A stretch of DNA of 56,835 nt, filler included, from Bipalium vagum (Eukaryota), in the NCBI GenBank assembly GCA_037834085.1. It is 3 parts of 3 records of this genome, joined end to end, with 100 filler letters (N's around TTAATTAATTAA, not from the genome) between each part and the next. Parts side by side here need not be neighbours in the genome. Positions count along the whole stretch, not along the records: positions 37,081 to 56,835 come from JBBMKC010268526.1; 2 more parts are not named here. One strand, given 5' to 3'. The notes under the pieces are model-generated. The model was not told the DNA's origin and ran no database searches. It saw nothing but the letters and a program-made list of their open reading frames with translations. The position numbers were made by a program, and so were the translations under genes. Position 1 is the first letter of the stretch; each line of letters opens with the position of its first letter. Positions 37,942 through 51,581 of the stretch are shown in pieces.

Positions 37942-40449
37942 AAATACAATACAATATAGTATTTATAACAGAATTTATTTATTACAATAAATTCCTTTTT
38001 TAATATAAATTTTAACAAATTTTCGGATGTCTTATAAAAGATGATTGTGCCAGCTTTTATCGGAATGTTTTTACATTCATTCCTAAACGTCTGAACAAGA
38101 TCCCAATAATTGATGGAAATTAAATTGGTGAATAAACTTTGAAATTTGTCCTAGAATTTTTTTATACAAATATGGTTTTTTTGTCTTATATTAAATTCTA
38201 AGACAAAATGTTATAATAACAAAATTGAATGTGATAATAACAACATGACATGTACCAAAAGCAAAATTAATTGTTAAAATACTTAAATGACACGTTAAAC
38301 CCTGTACATAAATATTTGATAAAGGCAAAGGTACTAAATCGGAAATGATTTTTGGGAAAATATATTAGAAAAAATCAGAAAAGATTTAAGAAATTTGGAG
38401 TGAAAATTGTGCTAAATAAAAAACAGATAGAATGTTCGATAATTTGTTTTAATGAACCTAGGATACCAGAACAAGTATATTAATACTTGGTCATTACAGC
38501 AGTTGTTTTAAGGGGATGAGGCTGGGAAAGGATAATAGAAGCCAGAGACTACCTTGTAGAACATTCTTGTTGGTTTTAGAAAGGTATTTCTTCAGATACT
38601 ATAATATGAAAAACAAAGAATGCTGTTCAAATTTTTCTAAAAGAAAACTGTTGTAAATTAAAATTTTATATCACAGCGACAGAGTGATGTTTTACTGCAA
38701 ATTTACATTTTCTGTGAATTAGTGATTTATAAAAAGCATAATCCGATGGTTATAAGATATTTATTTATAAAAACCAAATTATGGTCCTGTAGTAATTGTT
38801 TTAGAAATTGTTTTTCGACAGAACCAGCTGGGTGCTTCATTCATATCTGGGGCGGCAAATACGGAGATAATTCTAAGTTTATTTATATTCATATAATTAA
38901 TGGTCATAACCAACATCAGATATGAGAAGGACTTATCCTGTATGTAAGATGATGAGATAGGTTAATAACCATCGTTTTCCATCATCTATGATAACGGACA
39001 AGCAATAAATCATTGCACCAAATCACCTTTATGGTCTGTTTCGTACTTACTTCAGGATATGAGAATAACAACAAATCTTTTATTTTTATAATTTTACATA
39101 AAATATTAATATTTAATCAAATATAATATTCAATTTCAATGTTTTCATAAAATATATAAAAGGTTTCATCCGCTCAATACATAATAATAAGTCGTTTTTA
39201 TATCTCATCCGAAGATTTTATGTTATAAATTTTTATTTATTGGATGAATGCCTTAATAAAAAATTTTTCTAAATAAATATTATTTTCCCAAACCAATGCT
39301 TTGCTTTCCCTTCACTGAGTGCATGTAGGCCTTGCTTAGATAGAAGAAATACGAGAATTCTCTAATTTGTAATTATTTTTAATTAAGCGCTAAAAATGAA
39401 TATTAAAACAAATATCTAGAAAGATAATCTTACTATTTTATTAATCAATCTATGAAAGTTTTCATAAAATAAATCAATGGCTTATTAATCCTTATTACCA
39501 CAAGTTATTTAGCTTTAATGTCGGTATTTATCGAAAACTTTCATTATGGGAACATACATAATAATATTTAATCTTGTACTGTGTCTTATTCCTAATGAAA
39601 TCCCTTAGTTCGCCAAAGACTGACCATTTAATATAGTACCATTAGGACATGATGGAACAAATAAACTTTATGTCCATCCAAACAAAGATCCTTATCCTGA
39701 GTATAAAATATTTTTAATAATTAAATTCATTATATTTTCTCAGATTTTGCACAAGATAAATCAATAAACTTTGACAAGAAATATTAATGATTTATTTTAT
39801 ATTATTAAAATAAATTATTGAAATATTACTTATTTATTTTCTGTTTCTGTAATTTCAGACAATATTTGTAAAAAATTATCAGAGAATGTATTTCTCCTTG
39901 TAAAGAAAGTATAAAAGTATGGGAAATATTTCCGAGAAAAATAAATTATATTTTTCGATTTGTTTATAAAATCTGTTGACCAAAGTACAGATGTCTTTTG
40001 GGAAAATGGTCATTTCAATGAACAGGAATGTATTAGGCTAATTGATCATTATCAACAATAACATTAAAATTGATTGAGAGGCATCATTCATTTAGTGAAA
40101 AAATTGGAAATTGCAGTTTCTAAAGGTATTCGTATTTTATCCTCAAAATTGTTGGGCAATTTTTCTGGATGGAATATTTTCCCCGTCCTATCCATACATA
40201 TGGCAACGTTTTGAAAACCGATTGATGGATATTGATGTTATCAAGATAAACATTTCATACGGTTTTCCAAGGCCAATTGATTCTTAAGGTCTTACATCTC
40301 GGTATAGAAAAGATTGTATGGGGATTTTTTTATTGAGGAGGACAATATCGTCTTCAATAACCGCTTTATTTATACGTTTTCTAGCCTTGATAATTTTTTG
40401 TTATAATAAGTGTTTTAATAATTTATGTCTAACAGAATTCAATGTTTAG

Positions 40450-40776
40450 GAAAATACTTATCAGTCCCTAATCCGTCAAAGAGTGATTGTACTCAGACTT
40501 CTATCAATTCAAATCAATTCAGCAGTCAGAATCAAAGCTTTGGAATAATGTCGCCATCTGAAGATTTTCAGTCAATGAGTTCCCACAGCTGTTCCAAACC
40601 AAACTCCTCAAACATTAGGTCTATTCATCAACACATTCAACGTGCAAGCTCAATGGGGTCTGGTTTGAGAAAGCAGCTTATGGAACCTGTGAAGGACGAT
40701 CAATATTCAAAGAATATCGAGTGGTATTGTGGACCAGTGATTAGAGGTTCATCAATTGAAAGCTCCTATTGCAAAG
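40450..40776 (+). CDS. Probable internal exon of an unidentified gene (Ser/Gln-rich, likely disordered)
   Basis: An open frame with raised GC lies between a TTTAG acceptor and an AAG|GTTTAT donor. A phase-compatible next exon near 41869-41908 reads ETTFAPMAIYNHK|GTATGT. Confidence 0.45.
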
Positions 40777-41171
40777 GTTTATATTTTCATTTGATAACTT
40801 ATCTTTTTTAAAATTATCATAAAAAGTCATTCAAAGCCTTTTTAAGCTTTTGTTTTTTACAAAAGTTAATGCATTCAGCATGTGCATGAATAACAGAGAA
40901 ATAATCGTTTTTTTAAATATATGATTAAATTATAAAAATAATAATAATTTTTCATTATAGATTAAAATATAAAACGACACATGAAAATGATTTAACTTTA
41001 AAATCTTAATAATTGTTTTTTAATAAACAACTACGGTGTGTTCCACAAAAACCACAAAATTCAAAAATATATATATAACGTATTAATTTTATTAGCAAAA
41101 TTTATTAACACTATAAAATATCTTAATCTTGTGATTTACATCGCGATTTAAAATGTAAATATCAAAAACGT

Positions 41172-41215
41172 TGACTGATGAAGAACTGAAAAATAAAAGT
41201 TCGAAAAATGTTTCA
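41172..41215 (+). ncRNA. Degenerate minimal type I hammerhead ribozyme motif (Penelope-like element type)
   Basis: TGA-CTGATGA-A-[GAACT..AGTTC]-GAAA-AAT-GTT-TCA contains both core boxes, a 5-bp stem II and a 3-bp stem I. Helix III has one mismatch. Confidence 0.45.
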
Positions 41216-41543
41216 TGAAAATATATATTTGAAAAAAAATTGTATTCATTTAATAAAAGGCATATATTCGAAAAATAAAACTATAAAATATGATTTCCAT
41301 GAGGCAGCGAACATGAACGTAGACGTTCTAGCCAAGTTTTAGTAGATTTTTAAATTATTTTAATTGAGAGGAAGACTGAAAATTGCTTCATCCAAAAACC
41401 AGGCCTGTTTGCATTTGTGTTGTTCATTGAAACGATTGATCATGGCCATATATACTTGTCGTCATGCTTGTGTGCATCAGTTAGATAATTTCATTTAATT
41501 CTCCTGAAGCACTTTAATTTGGAATTTTTGAGAATTTATCTCA

Positions 41544-41647
41544 GGGTGTAGCTCAGCTGTCAGAACAGTGCATGCAAATTTGAAAAATCCTGGATTTGAA
41601 TCCCGGTATCTCCGATTAATTTTCAACTAATATTATGTAAGAAATTT
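41544..41647 (+). mobile_element. tRNA-Ala-derived SINE, diverged copy
   Basis: GGGTGTAGCTCAG (A-box) ... GATTTGAATCCCGGTATCTCC (degenerate B-box), plus the shared tail. Confidence 0.65.
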
Positions 41648-42312
41648 AGTTTTTGTCAATTGAGGTTTTAAACATGAACCTCTTAATAATGTACTTTCAA
41701 CAAACAGCATCTTTAGAGAAGAAATGTTTTGTGAGATAAACTTTCTAGATAAAGTTATTTGATATTGATAGACCTCTTGCTTTGTTATTATATATAAATA
41801 TAAAGTTTATCAAAACAAAACCCAAATCACGGTGACCTAAAGTTAAATGTTAACAATTACTTTTCAAGAGACAACCTTTGCTCCCATGGCCATTTACAAC
41901 CACAAAAAGTATGTTTAATTTTAAAAATAATAATGCCTTAATTTTATAGATTTAACAAGAAATAATAATTATAGAATTCGTTGTAAAATACCTGAATCTA
42001 TTATTTTACAAAAATATTTTATAGAAATACCATAAATGTATTTTTTGTTATTTATAATATTTATCATCAACATAAAAAGATAATTCACTGATAATAAAAG
42101 TATTTTACAAAAATGTTTTTATTTTATTTATTTTACAATTAATAATATTGTAAATATTATACAATAATTTATCGATCTTTTTCTATTGGCTAAAAATCTC
42201 ATATATTGTATGGAGTCCATTGAAATATCTTTCCCAAAATATTTATATGACGGATGAATTTACTAATAATATAAATTATTGGGAGAAATATATAATTTAA
42301 ATTTATTAAAAT

Positions 42313-42458
42313 NNNNNNNNNNNNNNNNNNNNNNNNNNNNNNNNNNNNNNNNNNNNNNNNNNNNNNNNNNNNNNNNNNNNNNNNNNNNNNNNNNNNNNNN
42401 NNNNNNNNNNNNNNNNNNNNNNNNNNNNNNNNNNNNNNNNNNNNNNNNNNNNNNNNNN
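42313..42458. other. Assembly gap
   Basis: Run of N. Confidence 0.97.
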
Positions 42459-44967
42459 CAATAGTAAACAGAATAAATGTTCCCTCGCAATATTCATAGG
42501 GTGAAATTAAATAATTAATCATTTAAAAAGACATTTATTTTAAGTAGAAATATATAAATAAATTAAATAACGTTTTCCATATAAAGTTGAATTAAAAACT
42601 GGCCAAAGTAATCTGAGAAAAATGCAAATATGTCAATTATTTTTAATGTAAATAAAATTCCAAAAGTATAATATGAATTTGTTATATTATGATTATAATA
42701 TTTATTATTGAATTTCATTCTTATTATATTCATCCTTAAATATAATATTTCAAGTAGTTTATTTTCAAGAGGTACCAAAATAAGCATCCAAAGTAATTAA
42801 TGAAATCTCTTATGATTTTCAAGTACGGAAAATTAAATCCGGAATATTTAAGATAGACTCTTATGTTATTGAAAATAATATTCAATAACCATTATACTAC
42901 TGAAAAGATTTTCTTTTCAATGCTCTTTTTTCAATAAATATGATAATATATTTAAATTTGATTAAAATCTTTTAAAATAAATTTTCGTTGTTAAGAGAGT
43001 TTTTTGTTTTAATTTTAGAAATTAGTTTTAGCAATTGTAAATAAATTATTAAAATTATACAATAATTCCATTGTCATATATAGAAATATTCTCACAAAGG
43101 ATCTGTATTTATTTCATTGTCAAAAAAATTTATTTTATTTTTCACCTATGAGAAAGTCATTATGAATAAAATCAGTGACCTTGAAATATTTTTTTTATTT
43201 TTGTTCGAATTTCGTTTTTGAAAAGACTTTTTTTTGGTTTTTTTATTTATTTATTTTCATTTGGTAATAATCAATATATAATTGCGAATTATTGAACTAA
43301 TGAGAAAATTGGTTTTTTCTTCTACTTAATCTTACTATGAAGTTTATTCTTTTGTTTACGATTTCTACCGAAAATAAAAATATTTCATATCCTCTTTAAA
43401 AATTAGTAAAATTTTGTTGATTATACCACACATTCTCTTACTGAATATTAATTTAGAACAATATTTTAAGCAATAATTTTCTTTTAAAAATATTAATAAG
43501 ACTATTATTAATAATAATATTAATTATTGCAAAGTACATTAATCCTCAAGTAAAAATTATTACTTAACCCTTTATGGGAGGTTTTCATAAACATTTTCCC
43601 AGATCTGAGTTGAATAATAGATTATTATATTCATGTGACTTAATCTAACCTTTGGCAGTCAAAGAGACCCTTATTTATTTATTCTTTATTTTTTTTAATT
43701 AAATAATTTAATAAAAAGAGCTGTTATATTTTATATTTTAGAATATACTATTATATTATAAAGATTAGTAATTATAAATATTGGATTGATGAATATATAT
43801 TGTCGCTCTCAATATTATAAATATATAAACCAACCCAATACATATATCCGAATACAACAGGTTTACAATAATAACAAACAGTTAATCACTTATATTCTCC
43901 GCAATTGTTTATGATATCTTCACAACGACGAGATAACTTATCGATTCCTAGTTTGAAAACATTTATAAGCCAAACAATTCGTCGATTCATTTTTTCGGTT
44001 TTACACAATTTTCAAAGGAAATTCCATTATTTATTAAAGATTTATATTAATTCAATACTAATATTAATTATTTTTAAATTTTATTAGTTTGCTTTTTGTG
44101 TCTTTAATAAATTTAAACAAGACTACATAATATAAGGATCAATCCAATATTATTTAAAACAGTTTCAACGGTTTCTTTTATAAATTTTTCTTAAAAACAA
44201 ATCTTTTATCTGATATTTATTAATTATTTATTTATTATGTATTTCTTTATTATTAATAGTTAATTAATTATTTATTTATTTATTATTCTATATAAGAAAA
44301 TAAAAATATTTAATGAAAATATAATTTATCAATTCAAAAGTATGATAAATTAAAACAAAAGTAAATTTAATTAACAAGAAATATTACATTATTTGTGGGA
44401 ACATTTCTATAATAAAGATTTAATAAAAAGATTGGGAATGTATAGAAGATTGCGTATGTGACTTAGGAGTATAATATGGTCTTAATATTTTCCAGGATCT
44501 CTTAACTGGAGTTTATTGCTTTTTAATTGTGATCTAAAGTATAAAATAGCAATAAAAATTAAAGTTATATTTATTTAGAACAAATGTGTTGATGAATTTC
44601 GATGAATATCACATTTCATTTATAATAAGCGATTTTAAATTAAAAATAAAATAAAATTATACCCATGACAGAATATATTTTATGAGCTTAGAAAGTTTAG
44701 AAATTCTGAGATCAATGAAAATTTTTTAAAATATAATTAAATAATTGTAAAATAATTAATTATTTTTCATTAATAATAATAACAGTAAAAAGGAGATAAA
44801 TTTCGTAGACATTGATAAAAAAAGTATGATACATTAAGTGGTACAATGTTTTTTTAGAAATGAACAATATTATCAAAAGGTTTTATTAATCTTATTAATT
44901 ATTATTTTTATTATTTATTTTCAATTAACTTTTGTACTTTTATTTAATTACATAAATATCAAAATAT

Positions 44968-45610
44968 TAGATGACCTAAGAAGTTTCCACTAGTGTTTTG
45001 TGAAACACAAACAACATTTTATATCACTAAAAAATCAAATATGCTTCATTTTGCTCGATAACCTTTCGGCATTAATCTGTATAATTTCTGAGACTTGTAA
45101 TCAAAATCTGTAGAATAAATGTTTTACAGTCTTCTCTTGAAAACATTGGAACTCGATTAAGAAAATTCTGCATAGACCAAAACAAATGATAATCCGACCA
45201 TGCTTGGTCCCGTCTACATGATAGATGCGTCAGAACTTCCCTCTAAGCTCTTCAAATTTTTAACGAGTTATTAGGTATGTGTTGTTGAGCCTTGTCATGA
45301 TAACACACAACAGCTTTTCTCTGTTGAAAATTCGTACCGGCTTTTTTTTATTTCTTGATTTAATCTTTCAAATGGTTGACAATAGAATATAGAATAAATT
45401 GTCTGACCAGGTTACAGCAAATCAGGTTCCTTTCAAATCCCAGAAACCAGACAACATAAAATTTCTTAAAGGCAATGTTGCCTTTGCAATCGAATTTTGA
45501 ATTTCATCTTTTTTGACCACGACCTTTTTCTCACATTATTATGATATGATAAATTCACTATTTATCCCCAGTGATTATTTTAAAGGAAATGGTTCATGTT
45601 ATAATTTTTA
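44968..45610 (-). mobile_element. Decayed mariner (C-terminal half)
   Basis: Peptides YHDKAQQH and DQAWSDYHLFWSMQNFL. A TA|TTAGATG terminus lies near 44966. Confidence 0.72.
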
Positions 45611-48600
45611 ATAAAAATTCACAAGCTGACATTTTGCTGATTAAAATCATTTCACATAAATTATAAATCATCCAATTATAAAAAATTTTTTGTAACCAAG
45701 CTTTCCAAGATCATTTAGAACAGTAGTTGATAAATTTCTAGATCCTTCAACTCAAAACTGTCTTGGTGAAATTGTGCAAACTTTTCCAACACCATTTTTC
45801 CGATATGGTACCATCCCCATCATTGGCACTTTTATTGTGACATAACTGACATTTTTCCATTTCAAGAAGTGAAATTTCCTAACTTATTGGATTTCTTTAT
45901 TTTGAATATTTTGTGACATCTTTCATTTGGAACAAACAAATTATATTAATAAAATATTTTATAATTATTTATTCTTAGGATTTGATATTACTAAGATATT
46001 TAATAAAATTGAATTTTTGACTTGTATTTATTATAATGGGATTTTATTCCTATAAACGCCATGGTACCTTCAGGTTACCCTTTCTTTGTTAAACTGTTTT
46101 AATTTGAATTACGCGTAATATGCAAATGTTTCGTTAAAAGTTCATTTTATTTTCAAATTTTCTGCTATCATTATAAGTAAAAATCAGTCAAATACCTTTA
46201 AAATATAAAGTTTTTTTCTAAAAAATAATTTTAATTTTAATTGTAATTATTTATTAATTAAAGTTATTTTTTTAATCAATTTATTTTATTATTTATTAAT
46301 TTATTTATTAATTTTTATTAATTTTTTTTAAATTTATTTATTTTATTATTTATTAATTTATTTATATACTTATTATTTAAATTTTTCAAGAAAGAAAATT
46401 TCACAACTAATTTTATTTTATAAGCTTTTAAGTAATCTTATTATTATATATTAATATTTCTATTGTCAACTATTATATAATATATATAATATTTTATTAT
46501 ATATTTTATATTTTTTTTATATTAATTTTTAAAAGTACTATATTTAAACTATATGCTATCTTTTCAAAGCTTTTTATGCAAATAATAATATTTTTTAATA
46601 AAAATTTAATAAATTTAAACTTCGTTGTTAAGTTTAGTTTCAGATTGATTAAAACAAGTTTTCTTTGAAATATTTTAATCTTCCTAATAAAATAAGCTTT
46701 CTCGTGTAATTAATGTTTTGTAATTATCTTTTTTGAGGATAACCAAATATTTCTATTCATAATCTATCTGCTGAATTAAATTTGTCTGAGAAACTGACTT
46801 TAATTTCCCAATTCTTCAAGACGACTATAGAGATGTTAATAAAGATATACTAATGATATGATATATAATAAAATTAAATTTATGAGAAATATTAATATTT
46901 CATTTTAATTAGCTTTTCATAGTTTGTTCAATCTTTCTCTGCATTTCTTGTTCGATTTTTCAATGTTTCATTTATTCTTCCAATCAATAGAGAGACGTAA
47001 TGTTGCTTACCACTCATGAACGGATCATTATGATTAAAATGATAATAAAAGACATTGTAGATTATAAAAGACATCTCTATATAAGAATAATCTCAGTGAA
47101 ATATGGATTATAATTTCTGTTCAGTTGAACTTGATGAATGCGAAGGATAACCTATAAGAATTAGATAATTATTTATATCCCCCCAAAAAATGTAGTTTGC
47201 ATTCTAAAGTATGCATCGCCAAAGAAACCCACAGATATTGATCATCTGAGAAAAGGTATCGTGGATAAATTGGTTCAGCTTGACGGAAATGAGGAGTGAT
47301 TATAGAGTTGTGTAATCTTTCAAATTTTATGGATCATTGCGTGGATTGTGTTGAAGATGTACAATGATCAACAGCAATTTCTGATAGCTTTTTAAAAATA
47401 ATTATTTTCTTTTCTTAGACTTAAAGTTTTACTTTAAAAAAAAAGTTTTTACTTAATCTTATATATTTTTAATATGAAAATAATAATTATACTTTCGCGC
47501 TTAACATTTATTCTCAAAAACATTTGGTTAGCAATCAAGTCCGTTCGGTTTTTAAGAATGAAATTACATTTCTGTTTGAAAAAGTAGTTTTAATGGAAAT
47601 TTTTAAAAATTCTTTATGTTTTTGTTTGAATAATCTATTTTTATGCAATATTTAAATAAATTAATATGGAAGATATTTATGTTCAATATAATTTGATTAA
47701 TTGATAATTTTTCGTAGATTTTTAGTAATTACAAATTTTCTGATTATACCTTGATTTGATATGTTAAATTTTTGTTAATTAGAATCATATTTTTCTGTAC
47801 CTAAGAATGAACAGTAAAATTTGTTATTACTTATCTAAAATAAAATTATTACTTAAACATTTATTAATTAATATTAATTAATTACTTAGAAATATATGAA
47901 ATTGTATATGTCGAATTTATTTTCTCTTCCTAGACCACTCACTTCGTATAATAAAATCTTATCTGACACCAATTAGTCTGACAGTGATATTTCTTTTGGT
48001 TCTCGAGTTTCTTAAACCCAATATTCTTAATTTATTCCTTTGGACTTGGCATTCAAGTCCAAAGGGATGGTCCCATGAAATTTCTGCTACTTTCTTTAAG
48101 TTAGAGAAAGATAAATAAGATGAATAAAATTTTAATTATGGTAGAGCTGAAAAGAAAGCAGCTAAATGGGTATTTTTATTATTTAATAATACAAAATAAT
48201 ACTTTGTATAATATTAGTTTTTAACATAATTTTCAATGATTTTATTATAAATTACAGTTTGTTATACTAAACTATTTTTATTGTTAAAAATTATTTTTAT
48301 TTGAAAACAAATTTTTGTACTTTACAATTTTTTGCCAAGAATTTTTTTATTGTTAGAGCTTGTAGAAATTTAATACTAACTACATAAAACACAATTTGTC
48401 TAATATCTACCTTTATTTTCTTTTAAAAACGCTGTAGAAATGGATATTCTTATTTGGTACAGAGAAGGTAAAATGAATTGAGGTATTACAAACGATTGAC
48501 TTACCAACTACCATGAATGACTACCGGTCATTATGACATTCATGTTGATGAGTGTCGTTGTATTGTTTTGTTGACAAAAGTCAGAGTTGGAGGAAGATCG

Positions 48601-49699
48601 TAAATAATGTTGGACATTATATTATTGATTAACTTTTTATTACTGAAAACAAATTGTTTTACATAAAAACTAATGCTTAAACCCAATAAGATAATCATAA
48701 TAATAAATAATATTTTAAAAAACAAATTTTTTTACTTATTTATCAAAACAGAGAAATTATTATCTGAATCCAAAATCACGCTTTCTCTTAATGAAAGTTT
48801 TATTTATTTATTAGCGAAATATTGCGGCATAAAATGAATTATTATAAAATAATTCCTAATGTGAATGAAACTTTCAAACCACTTTTCAGACATTAACATT
48901 GTACTAAGTTTTAATCCTATCACCAGCGAATGTGGTCTAAAAAGACAGTGGAGTCATATTGTCTGTGGAAATAGATCATCTACGCCTTGGGGAATTGATT
49001 CAATCATATTCGCTCCAAACTTTGTCAACACCTCATTAATGATGATCGAGATTAGCAGTCAGTTGGACTTTTGGAAAAATAATCATTTTTCACTAAAATA
49101 TAAGCAAGTCCTTCAGTATAAGCCTTTCTACAGATTTAAAGTCTTGCTACTAATGGAAAATAAAATAACGTAATTTTTTATAGGAAATTTTGATCAATGG
49201 TACTCCCCTTCACTAATTGTATATGGTAAACTTTATTTTAATCATTGAAAGTTCCTCATAACTTTAGCAACGAAAGGAATCTCTCAACAATGTTTAGAGT
49301 GATAAAGGGATCCGAAAAAATTAACATTTATAATTTTTTTTAAAAAAACATTTTTAGTTTTTGTCAAATTTTATTCCTAAATTTATGGCTTACTTAATCA
49401 ATTAAAAATACATCAAATATTCGACTATTCCAATGATCGTTACTAAGAAAAATGAAAAAGATTGGCAAAAATTCGAATATCAAGTTATAAATTCGGTAAC
49501 TAAAGGAAAACACAAAACAAAACACTTAGTTTTTATTCATAAAAGATGAACTGTCCAACTTTGTCATTGCTTTCTATTGAAAATTCTTGTTTCTCTTTTT
49601 TAACTCAAAATACTTCTTTAGCACCATTAAAATGAGGAAAGGTAACATAAAACAATGAATCCATTGAAAAGAATATTTATTACACTTCACATTACATGA

Positions 49700-50800
49700 G
49701 TCAAATAAGAATATCAGCACAGTGGTCATCAACGCATTGGATTAATGATGTAAGTGACTTGAACAGGTTTTCTCCGTGTTTTGCAGCAATCAGTGTTTAT
49801 ATTCTTTCTAACTTTTTGATAAACTTATTCAAATCTGGTAGATTTTTCTTAGATTTATTGTATTCGATTTTGCGCAATCCTCAGAACTTCTTGATTGGAC
49901 GTCTTTGAGGAAAATTCGGTATATTGTCCGATTTAGCCACAAAATCGATTTTTGTTCCTTGAGAAACAGGTTTACAGTAGTGTCTGGTGGCCATGTCAGG
50001 CCAAAATATAAACTTGCCTTTATCTTTCAGCTTTTTGAAAAAGTCAAGACATGGATCTTTAAGAATTTTATCCAGGTACATCTTGTCATTTAAGCATCGT
50101 TTGCTGATAAATAGTTTACTAACCAGATCATCTTGTGAAATGCTTGCCAGACCAAAATTTAGCCGGATACTTTTCTTTTAACTTTAAACCATCTGGTTTT
50201 CCTACATTTGGAACATCATTCCAAAACTCTTTACATGAGAGCTGGTTTGAATCACAGGGCACATACGCTTCTCATCCATTATCACTATTTTTTGTCCACC
50301 AGGCGGCACCAGTTGTTTGTACAGCTTCTTGTAACTTCTACAAATCCTATTGGTTTCATCTTTTTTTTACATTAGCGTAGTCCCTTTTGCCTCACTTATA
50401 ATTCCCAGTTGTTTCTTTAATCTGCATACTGCTGGTGTAGATGACTGTCATTTCTTTACAGCTGATCAGATAGACAAGAACAGATTTTTAAGAAATTGAC
50501 TCTTCAGCTTTAATGCATTAATAATGCTTAATAAAAACCGTTGAATTCTGTCATATGACTGTTGACATTCAATACTGCCTGTTAGTTGAAAATTAATCTG
50601 AGATACCCGGATAAACTGTTCAATAACTCGGTTAATGAAACACACTTTAAAATCCTGTTGTGTAAAATGATTTTTTTCACTATACGACCAGAATTATGAC
50701 TTAGGAAAAAAATTCAATAATTTTTCTACATTTAATTTGGTTGAGATTCGTTTTCATGTTGTTTGTAATAAAAATTCAAATGAAGTACTTAAACAAGGAA
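49700..50800 (-). mobile_element. Tc1/mariner superfamily relic, DD37E (ITmD37E)-like
   Basis: IVIMDE, FIFWPDMATRHY and NIPNFPQRRPI resemble the FWPDLASxHY / NPPNxPxxRPIE motifs of DD37E transposases. Boundaries are approximate. Confidence 0.6.
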
Positions 50801-51393
50801 TAATGTATTACTATATTAAGAAAAAATCATTAATTTATATTAACACGGTTTTCTATAATAAGTAATTATATTCTGGGACAGGAATTTCGTTACAACTATT
50901 ATATCTTCTTTGTTATATTAGTATTGTTATCAAGGTAATAAATAACAAATCAACTTTAAATTACTAAAAATAATTAAAATTACTAAATATGATATTGAAT
51001 CTTTTAAATAAGTATGAATAAATAAAGAAATTATTTTGATGAAGAATAGTTTGTACATAATAAATAATAAATAAATAAATAATAATAAAATGGAATAAAA
51101 ATAGAATATCTACTGTACTTTATTAATTGTATTATTTTTTATATTCGATTCGTAGGTGGAAAATCAATTAATTGTTTAAATCATAGGAATTATTATTATT
51201 AAATATGATTTTGAAAATATTTTATTTTAGAAATTTTGATTATTGAAACATGTGAATTAAATAATAAATAATAATAAATTGAAAGTTTTTCATAACTTCA
51301 GTAACATTAAGAATCTGTCGATAATGTTTTAAAGTAATAAAATATTTTCTCTTATCGATATTACATTTTTCTTTGAAAAAAGTAACCCTTATA

Positions 51394-51581
51394 CAGGGTC
51401 TTCCAAAAGAAGCTTTACTACTTTTAACATATTAAATACTAAGTAGTTTTTGTTTAAATAAATTAATATGTAACATTATTCAAACTAAAAATTTGAAAAT
51501 TAAATATGGATCGTTATAATATGCAACAACGGGCAGAAAAATAACGACTTAAAGTAGTAAAGCTTCTTTTGGAAGACCTTG
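51394..51581. mobile_element. Tc1/mariner-type MITE (188 bp)
   Basis: 31-bp TIRs (CAGGGTCTTCCAAAAGAAGCTTTACTACTTT) with 1 mismatch, and TA on both flanks. Confidence 0.92.

Noticed and set aside
42199-42522. ORFs containing X runs
   Set aside because: They span the N gap.
47180-49130. Faint Tc1/maT-like C-terminal peptides near 47.2 kb and 48.9 kb
   Set aside because: They are too decayed to support a call.
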